Virus record (IMG/VR): IMGVR_UViG_3300046820_000327
Span: 1 to 60,395 of that record
From: a virus
Lineage: Duplodnaviria > Caudoviricetes
Reading direction: 5' to 3' (one strand)
Length of the DNA stretch: 60,395 nt
A program made the position numbers and the translations under genes. Under the pieces are notes generated by a model. It did not search any database. It was not told the origin of the DNA and worked only from the letters and a program-made list of their open reading frames with translations. Below are positions 29,474 through 39,003 of this stretch, piece after piece (positions within the stretch are counted from its first letter, which is position 1; the number at the start of each line of letters is the position of its first letter).

Positions 29474-32400
29474 TTAGTTAGATTGAACATTACCAGAGAT
29501 TGCCCACTGGTCACGACCAACTTTTAACAGAGTAGCAATACCATACTGTGTCAATTCTACATAGTCATAGTAGCCTTCGCCTACAATCATTAGACCCATG
29601 CTGCCGCCTTCTTTGTTAATGTAAACACTACTTGAATCCATGTTAACAATGGTGATCACTGTGCCTACGGGAAACTCTACGCGAGCATTGTAAGGAATCA
29701 GGATTTCATCATTTTCATTTAAACACAAGATGTGATGTCCGCGATCCTTCATGCCCAGGGTATAACGTTGTCCCCAATATCTGCGTTGTGGAATATCTGT
29801 TGCTGAAGTGTTTTGTGTAGTGCCGTCGGCAAACACAATGCGTCCACCATCTGTGTCACGCACAGTTTCAACACTATAGTCGGGATAGAAAGTGTCAACA
29901 TAGAGATCGCCCGAGGCTACGGTAAATGTACTGGTAGTCTTGACTGTGACAGTTTCACCGTCGGCCAATGGACCGGCATAGTTGTTTTCATCTCCCAAGT
30001 TGACGGGATCAACATCATAGTTGACACCAGTTATTCCAGGATCACTAAAACTGCCGGTCATAGCATTGACATCTGTGTAGCGGAATGAACCGTGCTCACC
30101 TGTGCCTGTGCCGTCAATGGGTAGTCTCGCAGCCATACTTGAGTTGTAGTCATTGGCATAGAAGTAGGCTGTGATGTAATAACTGTTGGCATCTACTGCC
30201 AAGCAACGACCATTCTTGAATCGTGTGTCGCTGTCTGTTGTAGCCATTAGCCAACGCTTGTAAACAGTTTCTCCGCTAGGTGTTAACAAGAACACTTTAA
30301 GAGCATCATCGCCGATGTCATCGTTGTAGGCTTCACAGGTCACTAATAAGTTGCCAGAGGCTGTACGAGCAATCACTGAATCATCACCACTGTCTGTGAC
30401 TCGCTGCCACTTGACTGTGCCTGCGGTGTCAAGTTTAGTGATCACAGTTTCGCCATTGTCATTGCTGTCGTGTGTGACATAGATGTCTGTGCCAATGGTC
30501 GTAACACTCTTGGCATAGCAGTCATAGTCTCGTTCATTTAGTTTACGGCTCCACTGTAGTGCTCCTGCTGAATTAAACTTGTAGACCATGGCAAGGTCAT
30601 CGTCGTTGCCTACACCTAACAGGCCATAACCTTGACCTACTGCGATAATGTTGTTACTGCTGTCCACTGCCACAGCATAGAGTCTATCTGTGCTGTCGGC
30701 TCGTGTACCAAATGTGCGAGTCCAGTCTTCGGTGATCAGCAAGTTTTCTCTGCTCAATGGATATGTAATGCTCCACGAACCTGAACCACCAAAGTTGGCC
30801 TGTGTAGTTGTTTCCAACTTCCAAGTGGTGCTTTGGCTGGTACCTGCTAGAGTATAACTACTCGAAACAGTACCGCCTGGAGCATACGCTGTCCAAGTTA
30901 GGTCATTGGCCGGGCTTGTGCCGCCAAGACTTGTACCTGGGATAACAATAATATCACCGTCCGCATAGTTTGAGCCACCGTTGGTAATGTTGTAGTTGTT
31001 GTAGTTGGCGTAGTCGTTATTGAATCTTGAACTTTCAAATGTCACTGTAAATCCTGAACCTACATCTGTGTTGGTTCCTGATAAACCTGTATAGGTAGCA
31101 GTCACACTACCAGCGGCTGTTCCTGAGTTGCCTACACCAGTAATAGCACCACTGCCATCTACAGCCTGTACTGTGATGATAATATCGTTAGTAACATCTA
31201 CTCCGCCGATTGCTGAACCCAAAATCTTGATCTTGTGTCCTGCTCGATAGTTTGTACCACCATTGACAACACCAGCACTATAACTGCCATTGCCATTGTC
31301 AATAATGTCAAATGTAGCACCCAAGCCTTGACGAACTGTACCAGTTACACCCACATAGCGTTCTATATAGAGAATATTTTCAAACACACTAAAGCCTGTG
31401 CCACCAATCTGCCAACCGCTTGGGTTACCTGGTACATCACTTCTTGAGATGTAAAGTGTACCTGTGGTACTGCCTTGTAAAGGAGTGACTGGAGTTTCAG
31501 GACTGAATTCACCGTTCTTGCTGCCGGCCAACACATAATCACCTGTGCTGTTGTAGGCAATGTCATTTAAGTAGACATCACTGTCACTGTCGCTGAATGT
31601 TTGATTGTTAAGAATACGACCGGTATCTTGATCTATAGTGATTAGAGCACTATATGTATAGTTGTCATAGAACTCACAGACCAACATAACATTGCCTGTG
31701 GTTGGGTGTATGGCTATACCGTTACTGCGGCCGCTGTTGCCGTTGTTGTCTTCTTGAACACGCACACTCCACAGCATCGCACCTTCTGGACCGATCTTCA
31801 TCACCCAAGGCTGATTGTCATCATCTTCTTCACCAACCACATACATATTTCCCTGACTGTCTACAGTAATAGCACGAGTGTTAATATCGTCGTTATAGTT
31901 TTGAGGACTGCCAATGGCTGCTAGATAACCTACCTGTGTTTGTGTTAGCCGTAGATCGCCGTCGTTGGGAATATTCAATGTGCCATCGGCACCAAATGTG
32001 TATTGATATACATCGCTCTTGACAATGTTGTTGGCAACACGAGCCTCTGGGTCAACCTCTGTTGAGTAGTTGGTAACTACCAAAGTGGTAGTGTCTGTGG
32101 CTAATACCATATCACTGCTGACATCAACCGTAGCGTGTGTGACAAAGCGTCCTGGTACACGACTTTCTGTAAAATCTAAATCACCAATGGTCAACTCTGT
32201 GCCATCTGTGGGCAGTTGTGCCACAAAGTAATCATACTCGTTGTCATCAGTGCCGCTGAAGTTCCACGGACGGGTGTTACTGCTGTTCCCATAACCGTCT
32301 ACGGCAAACTTGTTGTCGTAGACTGCTAGGGCCTGTCCACGCACACTTTCGTTGTCGTAGTTTTCGTATAAGTTCACAACATCCACATAGCGTTGCCAAA

Positions 32401-33595
32401 TCACAGCACCCTGTGCGTCATAGCGAGCCACGATTAACTTATTGTCGCCGTAGGCAGTTTGTAAAAACTCTGGAGCCTCAAGATACTCACCATCAGTTCT
32501 TTTAGTAAATGTTATAGCACTTAAATAAACTTCCCCTGTGGCTGTGGCTGTTAGACCTGTGGCAAATCCGCCGCAAGGTCCAGGACCAATTCTGCGTGTC
32601 CACTGTACCTCACCGCTACTATTCAGTTTTGTTAATATACCCGCGGACTGAGAATTATTACCATTAGCGTTAGTTGTGTTAACTTGATATGTGCCCACAG
32701 CATAGATGTTGCCCAGTGCGTCACTGGCACAGTCACCGCCATACATATTGTAGTCTGTGCCACTGTCCAAACTCTTGCTCCAGACTCTGACTAAACTTGA
32801 GGTCATCTTTTCAATAAACATCTTGTTCTTGCTGGCAACACCGTCATAGTACCAACCAGTAATATAGACTGTGGCTCCATTGTCAGTGACATCAATACCT
32901 GTAGGGTATACATTTTGTCCGTCTCGCTCCAGTGTTTTCTGTGTGTTCACACTACCATTGACAGTACTAATGTCTAGCAATAACGCATAGTTAGGACTAG
33001 TGGTTACGGCCACAGCCACTACTAGACTGGTTGAATTCTTTTCTTCAATAACTGCGTCTTCTAGGTTAGTTCCTTCATCGTAGTTGTAATTCTTGTCCCA
33101 TAGTACTGAACCTGTAGTGCTGAACTTAATGATCTGTAGTTCAGGACCAAACTGAGTCACCACATAGGCCTGGTCACTTGAGTCAATGGCCAGGTTCAAT
33201 GCTCCTCTGTCAGTCAGAGTCTTTTGCCAAGCAATGCTGCCAGCGGCTGTGTATTTGGTCACAATGACTACATTACCTTGACCACTGTTGCTTTCAGTTA
33301 GAGCATACAGGTTGCCGGCACTGTCATAGCGTAGGGCTCTTGGATAGGTATCGTCTTGATCTCTACGCTGTGTAGCGATCCAGTGTGCTGTGCTACCTGC
33401 TTGGACTACTACTGAACCATCATCTGCCAATGTATCTCCACCTGCGTGTGGCAGACTGGCCCAGGCTGTTTCACCATCACCATATTTGACTTTGCCAGTG
33501 TCTGTTTCTAAGCCTGGCTCACCTGCGGATAAGATTGGATTTGCTTCAAGCCAGTTAGCGGCTGTATCTCTGCGTAGTTTGATTCTTGTTGTCAT
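29474..33595 (-). CDS. Large fibre/adhesin with an Mtd_N domain and two beta-propeller-like regions
   Basis: RIKLRRDTAANW...L.AGEPGLETDTGKVKYGDG N-terminus; repeated D..GN.Y...K..S.G...W.. blades. Confidence 0.85.
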   Translation of the reverse strand: MTTRIKLRRDTAANWLEANPILSAGEPGLETDTGKVKYGDGETAWASLPHAGGDTLADDGSVVVQAGSTAHWIATQRRDQDDTYPRALRYDSAGNLYALTESNSGQGNVVIVTKYTAAGSIAWQKTLTDRGALNLAIDSSDQAYVVTQFGPELQIIKFSTTGSVLWDKNYNYDEGTNLEDAVIEEKNSTSLVVAVAVTTSPNYALLLDISTVNGSVNTQKTLERDGQNVYPTGIDVTDNGATVYITGWYYDGVASKNKMFIEKMTSSLVRVWSKSLDSGTDYNMYGGDCASDALGNIYAVGTYQVNTTNANGNNSQSAGILTKLNSSGEVQWTRRIGPGPCGGFATGLTATATGEVYLSAITFTKRTDGEYLEAPEFLQTAYGDNKLIVARYDAQGAVIWQRYVDVVNLYENYDNESVRGQALAVYDNKFAVDGYGNSSNTRPWNFSGTDDNEYDYFVAQLPTDGTELTIGDLDFTESRVPGRFVTHATVDVSSDMVLATDTTTLVVTNYSTEVDPEARVANNIVKSDVYQYTFGADGTLNIPNDGDLRLTQTQVGYLAAIGSPQNYNDDINTRAITVDSQGNMYVVGEEDDDNQPWVMKIGPEGAMLWSVRVQEDNNGNSGRSNGIAIHPTTGNVMLVCEFYDNYTYSALITIDQDTGRILNNQTFSDSDSDVYLNDIAYNSTGDYVLAGSKNGEFSPETPVTPLQGSTTGTLYISRSDVPGNPSGWQIGGTGFSVFENILYIERYVGVTGTVRQGLGATFDIIDNGNGSYSAGVVNGGTNYRAGHKIKILGSAIGGVDVTNDIIITVQAVDGSGAITGVGNSGTAAGSVTATYTGLSGTNTDVGSGFTVTFESSRFNNDYANYNNYNITNGGSNYADGDIIVIPGTSLGGTSPANDLTWTAYAPGGTVSSSYTLAGTSQSTTWKLETTTQANFGGSGSWSITYPLSRENLLITEDWTRTFGTRADSTDRLYAVAVDSSNNIIAVGQGYGLLGVGNDDDLAMVYKFNSAGALQWSRKLNERDYDCYAKSVTTIGTDIYVTHDSNDNGETVITKLDTAGTVKWQRVTDSGDDSVIARTASGNLLVTCEAYNDDIGDDALKVFLLTPSGETVYKRWLMATTDSDTRFKNGRCLAVDANSYYITAYFYANDYNSSMAARLPIDGTGTGEHGSFRYTDVNAMTGSFSDPGITGVNYDVDPVNLGDENNYAGPLADGETVTVKTTSTFTVASGDLYVDTFYPDYSVETVRDTDGGRIVFADGTTQNTSATDIPQRRYWGQRYTLGMKDRGHHILCLNENDEILIPYNARVEFPVGTVITIVNMDSSSVYINKEGGSMGLMIVGEGYYDYVELTQYGIATLLKVGRDQWAISGNVQSN

Positions 33596-33600
33596 TTAGT

Positions 33601-33804
33601 TTATGCTCCGTTGCCACCGTCTATGGTGTTGTTAAAAGTTTCTGTGTTGGCCAACCCGCCAACTGCTGTATAAAACGCTCGGCCTGCCGCTGTGGGAACA
33701 GCGTTTGACCAGTGTGTGCCCTGCCATTCGTAGGTCACACCGTTGTCTGCTAAGTATTCCTGTCCTATTGTGGGATTTTGTGGAAATGTTATTACCATAG
33801 TCAT
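33601..33804 (-). CDS. Small fibre-associated protein (FPQNPTIGQ...YEWQGTHW)
   Basis: Motif common in phage fibre modules; TAAATA box overlaps the start. Confidence 0.7.
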   Translation of the reverse strand: MTMVITFPQNPTIGQEYLADNGVTYEWQGTHWSNAVPTAAGRAFYTAVGGLANTETFNNTIDGGNGA

Positions 33805-33811
33805 ATTTACC

Positions 33812-35557
33812 TTAATTTGGGGTTAGCCAAGTGCCAGCACCACCACCGCCCACAAACGCAGGAGTCACTGGCTTATCAGTTAAGTCATTGTAACTAACTG
33901 TGCCTGTCCACGCTGTAGTCTGTACAGTAGCATCGTTGAATGTCACTGATTCCAATGTTGGATTAGTGTCTGGCGGTGCTAGTACTGTTGGACTAGCATC
34001 AACCCATTGCTCATTGTATTTGACATACACACGAGCTTCTTCTGTATTAAACCAAAGGGTGTCTGTGTTGGGTGCTGTTTCACTGGCTGTAACTATATCG
34101 GAAAATGTTATTCCAGTAAATGCTGTTGTTTGTAAAGTACCGTCACCAAACACAATACCAGTAGATTGAACTGCTGGACTTGCACTAAAATATAAATTAG
34201 TTGGTAATGTTATGTTACCAACAGCATCAAATAACCATTGTTGGCCGTCCTCTGATGTGTTGATTACAACACAGTTGCCGCCACTAACTCGTAAAGCATT
34301 GCCATCCTGGTCAGTGTCTTGGTCAATGTAACCGTAGTTTAACCAGATTGCGCCACCAGTGGGTAGATACAGCGAGCCATCTGAATCTAGTGTTACTGTG
34401 ACGTTACCGTTGACTAATACGTTAGTGTTTCCGCTGTTGTTTAGTTGATCAACCCATTCAGTATGATAATCATCGCCGTCAACTTTAGCCAACACTTGTC
34501 CGGTGGTGCCGCCTATAGGAACTCCTACCCCAGCAGGACCTTCTACGCCTTGTTCACCTTGTGGTCCTTGATCTCCCTGTGGGCCAACATCTCCCTGGGG
34601 CCCTTGATCTCCTTGTGGGCCTGGATCGCCTTGTGGACCTGGATCGCCTTGTGGCCCAGTTGGTCCTGTTTCGCCTTGTAAGCCAACATTTCCTTGAATA
34701 CCTTGCTCGCCTGTATCGCCTTTGTCTCCGCGTGGTCCAACAATAGGTCCAATATCTGCCCAACTACTAATAGTCGTGTTCCAAAAGAACAAGTTGCCTG
34801 TGCTGGTAACAATATATGCTTCACCTGCATTGCCACTAAATGTTAAATCTTCAGGTAATGCTACATTACCTACCAGTGTAACGCTAATACCCTGATCGCC
34901 GCGATCACCTTTGATGCCTTGTATGCCCTGTGGACCAGTAGCTCCAACGTTGCCTTGGATACCTTGTGTGCCGGTAGGACCTGTGTTGCCTTGTATTCCT
35001 CGTGGACCCACATTACCCTGAAGACCTTGTTCTCCACGCGGGCCTGTATTACCTTGTATACCCTGTATACCCTGTTCTCCACGCGGGCCTGTATTACCTT
35101 GTATACCCTGAAGACCTTGTTCTCCACGCGGGCCTGTATTACCTTGTATACCCTGAAGACCTTGTTCTCCACGCGGGCCTGTATTACCTTGTATACCCTG
35201 TATACCCTGTTCTCCACGCGGGCCTGTATTACCTTGTATACCCTGTATACCCTGTATACCTTGGTTTCCCTGTGGTCCTTGAGGGCCAACTACTCTACCT
35301 GTATTAATTACAGCACTATTGCTTAATGTAAGTATTAAGTTACCATTAGTAACTGTTGCTGAGGAAATTGTAGTAGCGTTTCCACTACCGCCGGCGCCTT
35401 GTACAATATGTCCGCCAGCAGTTACGCCGTCTTGTATACGCAAAGTGCGTAATCCGGTATCAATAATTACTTCGCCAATTGGTCCAGTATAATTGCTTGC
35501 CGCGGTAGTATTACCGCGTTTTAACAAGATTTGTGAAATTTTTACATTTGCAGTCAT
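33812..35557 (-). CDS. Collagen-like fibre protein with an Mtd_N-like N-terminus
   Basis: QILLKRG...YTGPIGEVIIDT...IQDGVTAGG N-terminus; two Gly-X-Y blocks. Confidence 0.9.
   Translation of the reverse strand: MTANVKISQILLKRGNTTAASNYTGPIGEVIIDTGLRTLRIQDGVTAGGHIVQGAGGSGNATTISSATVTNGNLILTLSNSAVINTGRVVGPQGPQGNQGIQGIQGIQGNTGPRGEQGIQGIQGNTGPRGEQGLQGIQGNTGPRGEQGLQGIQGNTGPRGEQGIQGIQGNTGPRGEQGLQGNVGPRGIQGNTGPTGTQGIQGNVGATGPQGIQGIKGDRGDQGISVTLVGNVALPEDLTFSGNAGEAYIVTSTGNLFFWNTTISSWADIGPIVGPRGDKGDTGEQGIQGNVGLQGETGPTGPQGDPGPQGDPGPQGDQGPQGDVGPQGDQGPQGEQGVEGPAGVGVPIGGTTGQVLAKVDGDDYHTEWVDQLNNSGNTNVLVNGNVTVTLDSDGSLYLPTGGAIWLNYGYIDQDTDQDGNALRVSGGNCVVINTSEDGQQWLFDAVGNITLPTNLYFSASPAVQSTGIVFGDGTLQTTAFTGITFSDIVTASETAPNTDTLWFNTEEARVYVKYNEQWVDASPTVLAPPDTNPTLESVTFNDATVQTTAWTGTVSYNDLTDKPVTPAFVGGGGAGTWLTPN
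35017..35262. repeat. About 5 near-identical 45-bp tandem repeats encoding GNTGPRGEQG(I/L)QGIQ
   Basis: The unit containing ...TGTTCTCCACGCGGGCCTGTATTACCTTGTATACCCTG... recurs every 45 nt. Confidence 0.9.
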
Positions 35558-36051
35558 TATAGAGTACCACCATCAACAACAATATCATCACTTAAAGGTG
35601 CGGCTTCTGTAGTTGAGTAATATGCAGGCAGCACTTGCAAGTCTAATGGAACACCATAATTGTCGTCGATATACAGTGGTTTTTCGCTGTTGTCAGAATT
35701 TTTAATTGTTCTAAAAGTTAATTTGTAGAATCGTTGCTCAAGACTATTTACTGTAGTGCTGTCAATTGTAAACTGTCCTTGACCTAGCTGTATGTTTGCC
35801 CAGGTTACAGCGTAACTACTTACTGTAACTTGATTCACAGGATCCTGTATATCCGCTTGCATGGCATAGCCTGTTAGATTAACTGCCTTTTGATCTTGAT
35901 TACGAATAATGACTTGTATAGGGTTATCAATACCCTGATAAATTTTAATTAGTCGGCTATACACTTGACGATTCCTTGTTGTAAATATCGTAGGATCAAA
36001 AACTTGAACCTCGGCTGTATTGGGATATAAATATGTTTTGACAGTTATCAT
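35557..36051 (-). CDS. BppU-like Ig-fold fibre/baseplate adaptor
   Basis: KIYQGIDN.I.V.I.NQDQKAVNLTG pattern; first gene of the fibre operon after a TAAATA box. Confidence 0.6.
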   Translation of the reverse strand: MITVKTYLYPNTAEVQVFDPTIFTTRNRQVYSRLIKIYQGIDNPIQVIIRNQDQKAVNLTGYAMQADIQDPVNQVTVSSYAVTWANIQLGQGQFTIDSTTVNSLEQRFYKLTFRTIKNSDNSEKPLYIDDNYGVPLDLQVLPAYYSTTEAAPLSDDIVVDGGTL

Positions 36052-36085
36052 TTTGATTGTCTTTTTACATATTTAGCACAGAACA

Positions 36086-36454
36086 GTGGAAGAAATTAAA
36101 CAGCTTTTAGCCAAGTACCCATTCATTACATACCTAGTGTACGGTGGCAACGATTATATAGGTATTGTACAAAACGCAGATGAGCAAATCACAACCATCT
36201 ACGACTTTGGTAGTTTAAAGCACCCAGAACAAAAGATGCGATTCTTGGAGCTAGGGGAACAATGGTGGTGGGAAAGCAATCGCTTGATACCCATTAACGT
36301 GTTCTTAAAAGCAGACTGGGCAGAGTTCAAGTTTTGTGTTAAAACCATGAACAGCAAAGACGTGGATATAAAATTAGGCCCACATACGAGCCTAAAAGAA
36401 ATGGCAATGAAGCGTAGTAAACGCCGTAGTATTACGCTGGTTCGTAAAGTTTAA
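36086..36454 (+). CDS. Hypothetical protein, the only convincing plus-strand gene
   Basis: Fills the gap between two minus-strand operons; no competing ORF. Confidence 0.8.
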   Translation: MEEIKQLLAKYPFITYLVYGGNDYIGIVQNADEQITTIYDFGSLKHPEQKMRFLELGEQWWWESNRLIPINVFLKADWAEFKFCVKTMNSKDVDIKLGPHTSLKEMAMKRSKRRSITLVRKV

Positions 36455-37053
36455 GCGTAGCCATAGCTGATTTTTTCACAGAATAAATTTAAATTAACTG
36501 CCACTAAATGAGCATACGCTACAGCGTGTGACTTTTTAAATGTGTAACCTTCTTCTGTGGCGTCCCAGATAGTTTCAGCAACTTCCTTCCAAGTTTTTCC
36601 AATCAAGTGTCGCTTACCCGGACGAATAATAGCCAAGAACATGGCCATGCGTGGAATGCTATCCACAGGTTCGGGCATTTTCATAAGCGTGTCGTAGTGA
36701 TTGCCTATGTGAATCATTTGCTCACATACTGTACGTTCTTTAAGCAAGTCCCACAGTGGCTCTTGTGACATCAAATACTGCAAATGTTCTTCATTCTTTA
36801 TCTGGGTATATAACGAAACATTCAACAAATCCAGCTTCATGTATCCACGATCCTCAGCGGCCTTGTGATCTATACTAGCCACTCCTGTAAAAGGATCTAC
36901 TGGAATGTCTGTGATATAAACTCCAGTGTTGTGTTTGATTAAATTGCCGTCTCTGATAATACCCGCAGGGGTATGTTTGAGCAACGCCAATGCTTGCTCT
37001 CTATTACCAAAATCTATGTCAATGTCACTAGAGAACTTAATTGTTTGTGTCAT
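36451..37053 (-). CDS. Minimal DnaE (C-family DNA polymerase alpha)-like protein, 200 aa
   Basis: DIDIDF, KHNTGVY, GYMKLDLL, LAIIRPG and GYTFKKSHAVAYA occur in DnaE order. Confidence 0.85.
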   Translation of the reverse strand: MTQTIKFSSDIDIDFGNREQALALLKHTPAGIIRDGNLIKHNTGVYITDIPVDPFTGVASIDHKAAEDRGYMKLDLLNVSLYTQIKNEEHLQYLMSQEPLWDLLKERTVCEQMIHIGNHYDTLMKMPEPVDSIPRMAMFLAIIRPGKRHLIGKTWKEVAETIWDATEEGYTFKKSHAVAYAHLVAVNLNLFCEKISYGYA

Positions 37054-37245
37054 TTCTTCTCTCTGCTTTTCTTTTTGCCCAACCTTCTCTCATTTTTTGT
37101 TTTTCTTGTTCTGTTCGTTCTTTACCTTTGTTCCATGCAGTTCTACCTTTATTAGCTTTACTAACTGCATCCTTAACTGTATCATCTCTCGGAATGCCTT
37201 TGTTCAAAGTCAATATCTATGTGGGTCGTTGGTGTTAAATTTCAT
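37037..37245 (-). pseudogene. Decayed homing-endonuclease remnant (NUMOD3 repeats) joined to a duplicated dnaE-like 5' end
   Basis: ATG at 37245 gives MKFNT; a shifted frame gives HIDIDF; the third frame (37207-37037) gives NKGIPRDDTVKDAVSKANKGRTAWNKGKERTEQEKQKMRE. Confidence 0.65.
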
Positions 37246-37481
37246 CGCAAAATATAGTTAATTAAACCTAGGGCCCAGGTTGTGGACATTACAATAAAAA
37301 CACTTGCGGCTGCATATTCACGCATACGCAATAGTATAACTGCCCATGCACCATTGCCCACAGTTAAAAACACAAAATTCATCCACGGATGTAGTGCTAA
37401 ACTAGTTGATACTGCACCACAAAACATCAGTAGTGTACAAAACCATTTAACCTTGGCTAGGTGTTGCTTTAAAAATTCCAT
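37242..37481 (-). CDS. Small membrane protein (about 3 TM helices)
   Basis: Hydrophobic segments; MEFLKQH start preferred. Confidence 0.65.
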   Translation of the reverse strand: MEFLKQHLAKVKWFCTLLMFCGAVSTSLALHPWMNFVFLTVGNGAWAVILLRMREYAAASVFIVMSTTWALGLINYILR

Positions 37482-37587
37482 TCTCGTAATGCTTGAAAAT
37501 ATGATTCGCTGGGAAAAACAAACGGCAATGCCGATACTGCAATTATAGCAACAATTACCCAGGCTGTCAAATACCAATCTTTCTTGC

Positions 37588-38289
37588 TCATAGGCCTGCC
37601 TTTTCTAATATGTCCTTGACCCATTCAGTATCGGCCAAGTAATCTTTAAACTTGCGTTGCCAATGGTCGGGATCTATCCATAGTAAAATAATACCCACTT
37701 GTTCTTCAGTAAGTGTTTCTAAAAACTCCACGCCCGTGGCACAGTTATACACTACCCACGGACTAATACGGCCAGTTGCAATATGATGGCAAATGCGATT
37801 ACTATTACCGTAGCGAAAGTAATCTGTAAAACCGTTTTTAAGCTCAGGGTGCGTGTCTGCATAGTCTTGCATTTCCTTTAGTGCTCGTTCTAGTGCGTCT
37901 TGTACTGCTTCACGTTTTAAGTATTCTGGTAACCATTCTGTATACATACTGTCCTTGCACCAATAGTCTAGCTTTTTATTGTTCTTCAACAACCAATCTA
38001 AAAAGTTAGGGTAATTGATACAGCGTATGTCTTGGCAATAACGACCAAACTTAACAAAAGCATTGTAATAAGGGCTAGTTACAAAATCCTCATATGATTT
38101 TAGTTTAGCTGATCCTTGGCTGTATTCATAAAAACGCAAGTATGCTTTAAGTCCCAACTGCACACCTGTTTCTTTTTCTTGTTGCCAACGACGCTTAGGC
38201 TCACATTGATGCACCGTAAGAGTTGATTCCTTACGAAATGCCTTGTCACAGTACCGACATTTATAGGTCGGACTTGATACGCTTGTCAT
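37588..38289 (-). CDS. Phage protein with an N-terminal C2H2-like Zn finger
   Basis: YKCRYCDKAFRKESTLTVHQC; start uncertain (the ORF extends to 38334). Confidence 0.75.
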   Translation of the reverse strand: MTSVSSPTYKCRYCDKAFRKESTLTVHQCEPKRRWQQEKETGVQLGLKAYLRFYEYSQGSAKLKSYEDFVTSPYYNAFVKFGRYCQDIRCINYPNFLDWLLKNNKKLDYWCKDSMYTEWLPEYLKREAVQDALERALKEMQDYADTHPELKNGFTDYFRYGNSNRICHHIATGRISPWVVYNCATGVEFLETLTEEQVGIILLWIDPDHWQRKFKDYLADTEWVKDILEKAGL

Positions 38290-38731
38290 CCCATCCATGT
38301 TCTCTTGCCAGGCGCTTAAGATCGTCTTTATCATTGATTTGTGCTAATAGTTTAATTTCGTCGGGCTTTAATGCTGGATAAATTTCAGCAAGAAACTTTT
38401 CTGCTTTGTTGTTGGCTGTTTCTTTTTTCTTGGCCGCAAGCCATTTGTGATACTGTTTGCCCATACCTGGGCTTACTGTTGTGGCCAATAACCACTGTAG
38501 CTTTTTATGTTGGCTGGTGCTGATGTCAAAGAAGTTCTTGTTTAGTCTTTCATTACAACTAACAAGATAATAACTTTGTAACTCACTAGATCCTTCTACT
38601 GCCGCACCCCAACGGATCATTAGAAAAGGACTAAACTTTTTCTTTTCATCATCATCAAGGTTGTCAAAGAAGTTTCGATCCTTGAGATCAAATTTAAGCA
38701 TTTCATTACTGATGTGTAGTTTATCTGTCAT
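38261..38731 (-). CDS. Putative clamp-loader small subunit (T4 gp62-like)
   Basis: KKFSPFLMIRW...NE..N...F...HKKLQW pattern; replication-gene context. Confidence 0.55.
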   Translation of the reverse strand: MTDKLHISNEMLKFDLKDRNFFDNLDDDEKKKFSPFLMIRWGAAVEGSSELQSYYLVSCNERLNKNFFDISTSQHKKLQWLLATTVSPGMGKQYHKWLAAKKKETANNKAEKFLAEIYPALKPDEIKLLAQINDKDDLKRLAREHGWDDKRIKSDL

Positions 38732-39003
38732 ACTGGATGCCACCCTGGTGGATCTTCCTTTTTATTAAGTTCATATATGATTATAACACGATCTATAGCT
38801 TCTTGTAAAGCAGGATTTGTTTCGGCGGCATAGAGTATGTCTACCCATTGCTTGGTACGTTTAGCAAGCTCGTCTCTTTGTAATCGATCGTAAGTCCAAC
38901 CAATAGCTACTCTGTCACCCGGATGGGCGCCTGCTTCTCTAGCATAAGTTACGCCATCCGCATGTTCATAAATGTAGGTAGCACCAGGCTTAAGTTTGCC
39001 CAT
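38728..39003 (-). CDS. Hypothetical protein
   Basis: Coupled on both sides. Confidence 0.7.
   Translation of the reverse strand: MGKLKPGATYIYEHADGVTYAREAGAHPGDRVAIGWTYDRLQRDELAKRTKQWVDILYAAETNPALQEAIDRVIIIYELNKKEDPPGWHPV

Noticed and set aside
34445-35326. Repetitive alternative-frame ORFs over the collagen gene
   Set aside because: They are shadows of the Gly-X-Y tandem repeat.
29474-35557. Diversity-generating retroelement suggested by Mtd_N domains
   Set aside because: No reverse transcriptase is present and I saw no template/variable repeat pair differing at adenines. Mtd_N is only an anchor domain.
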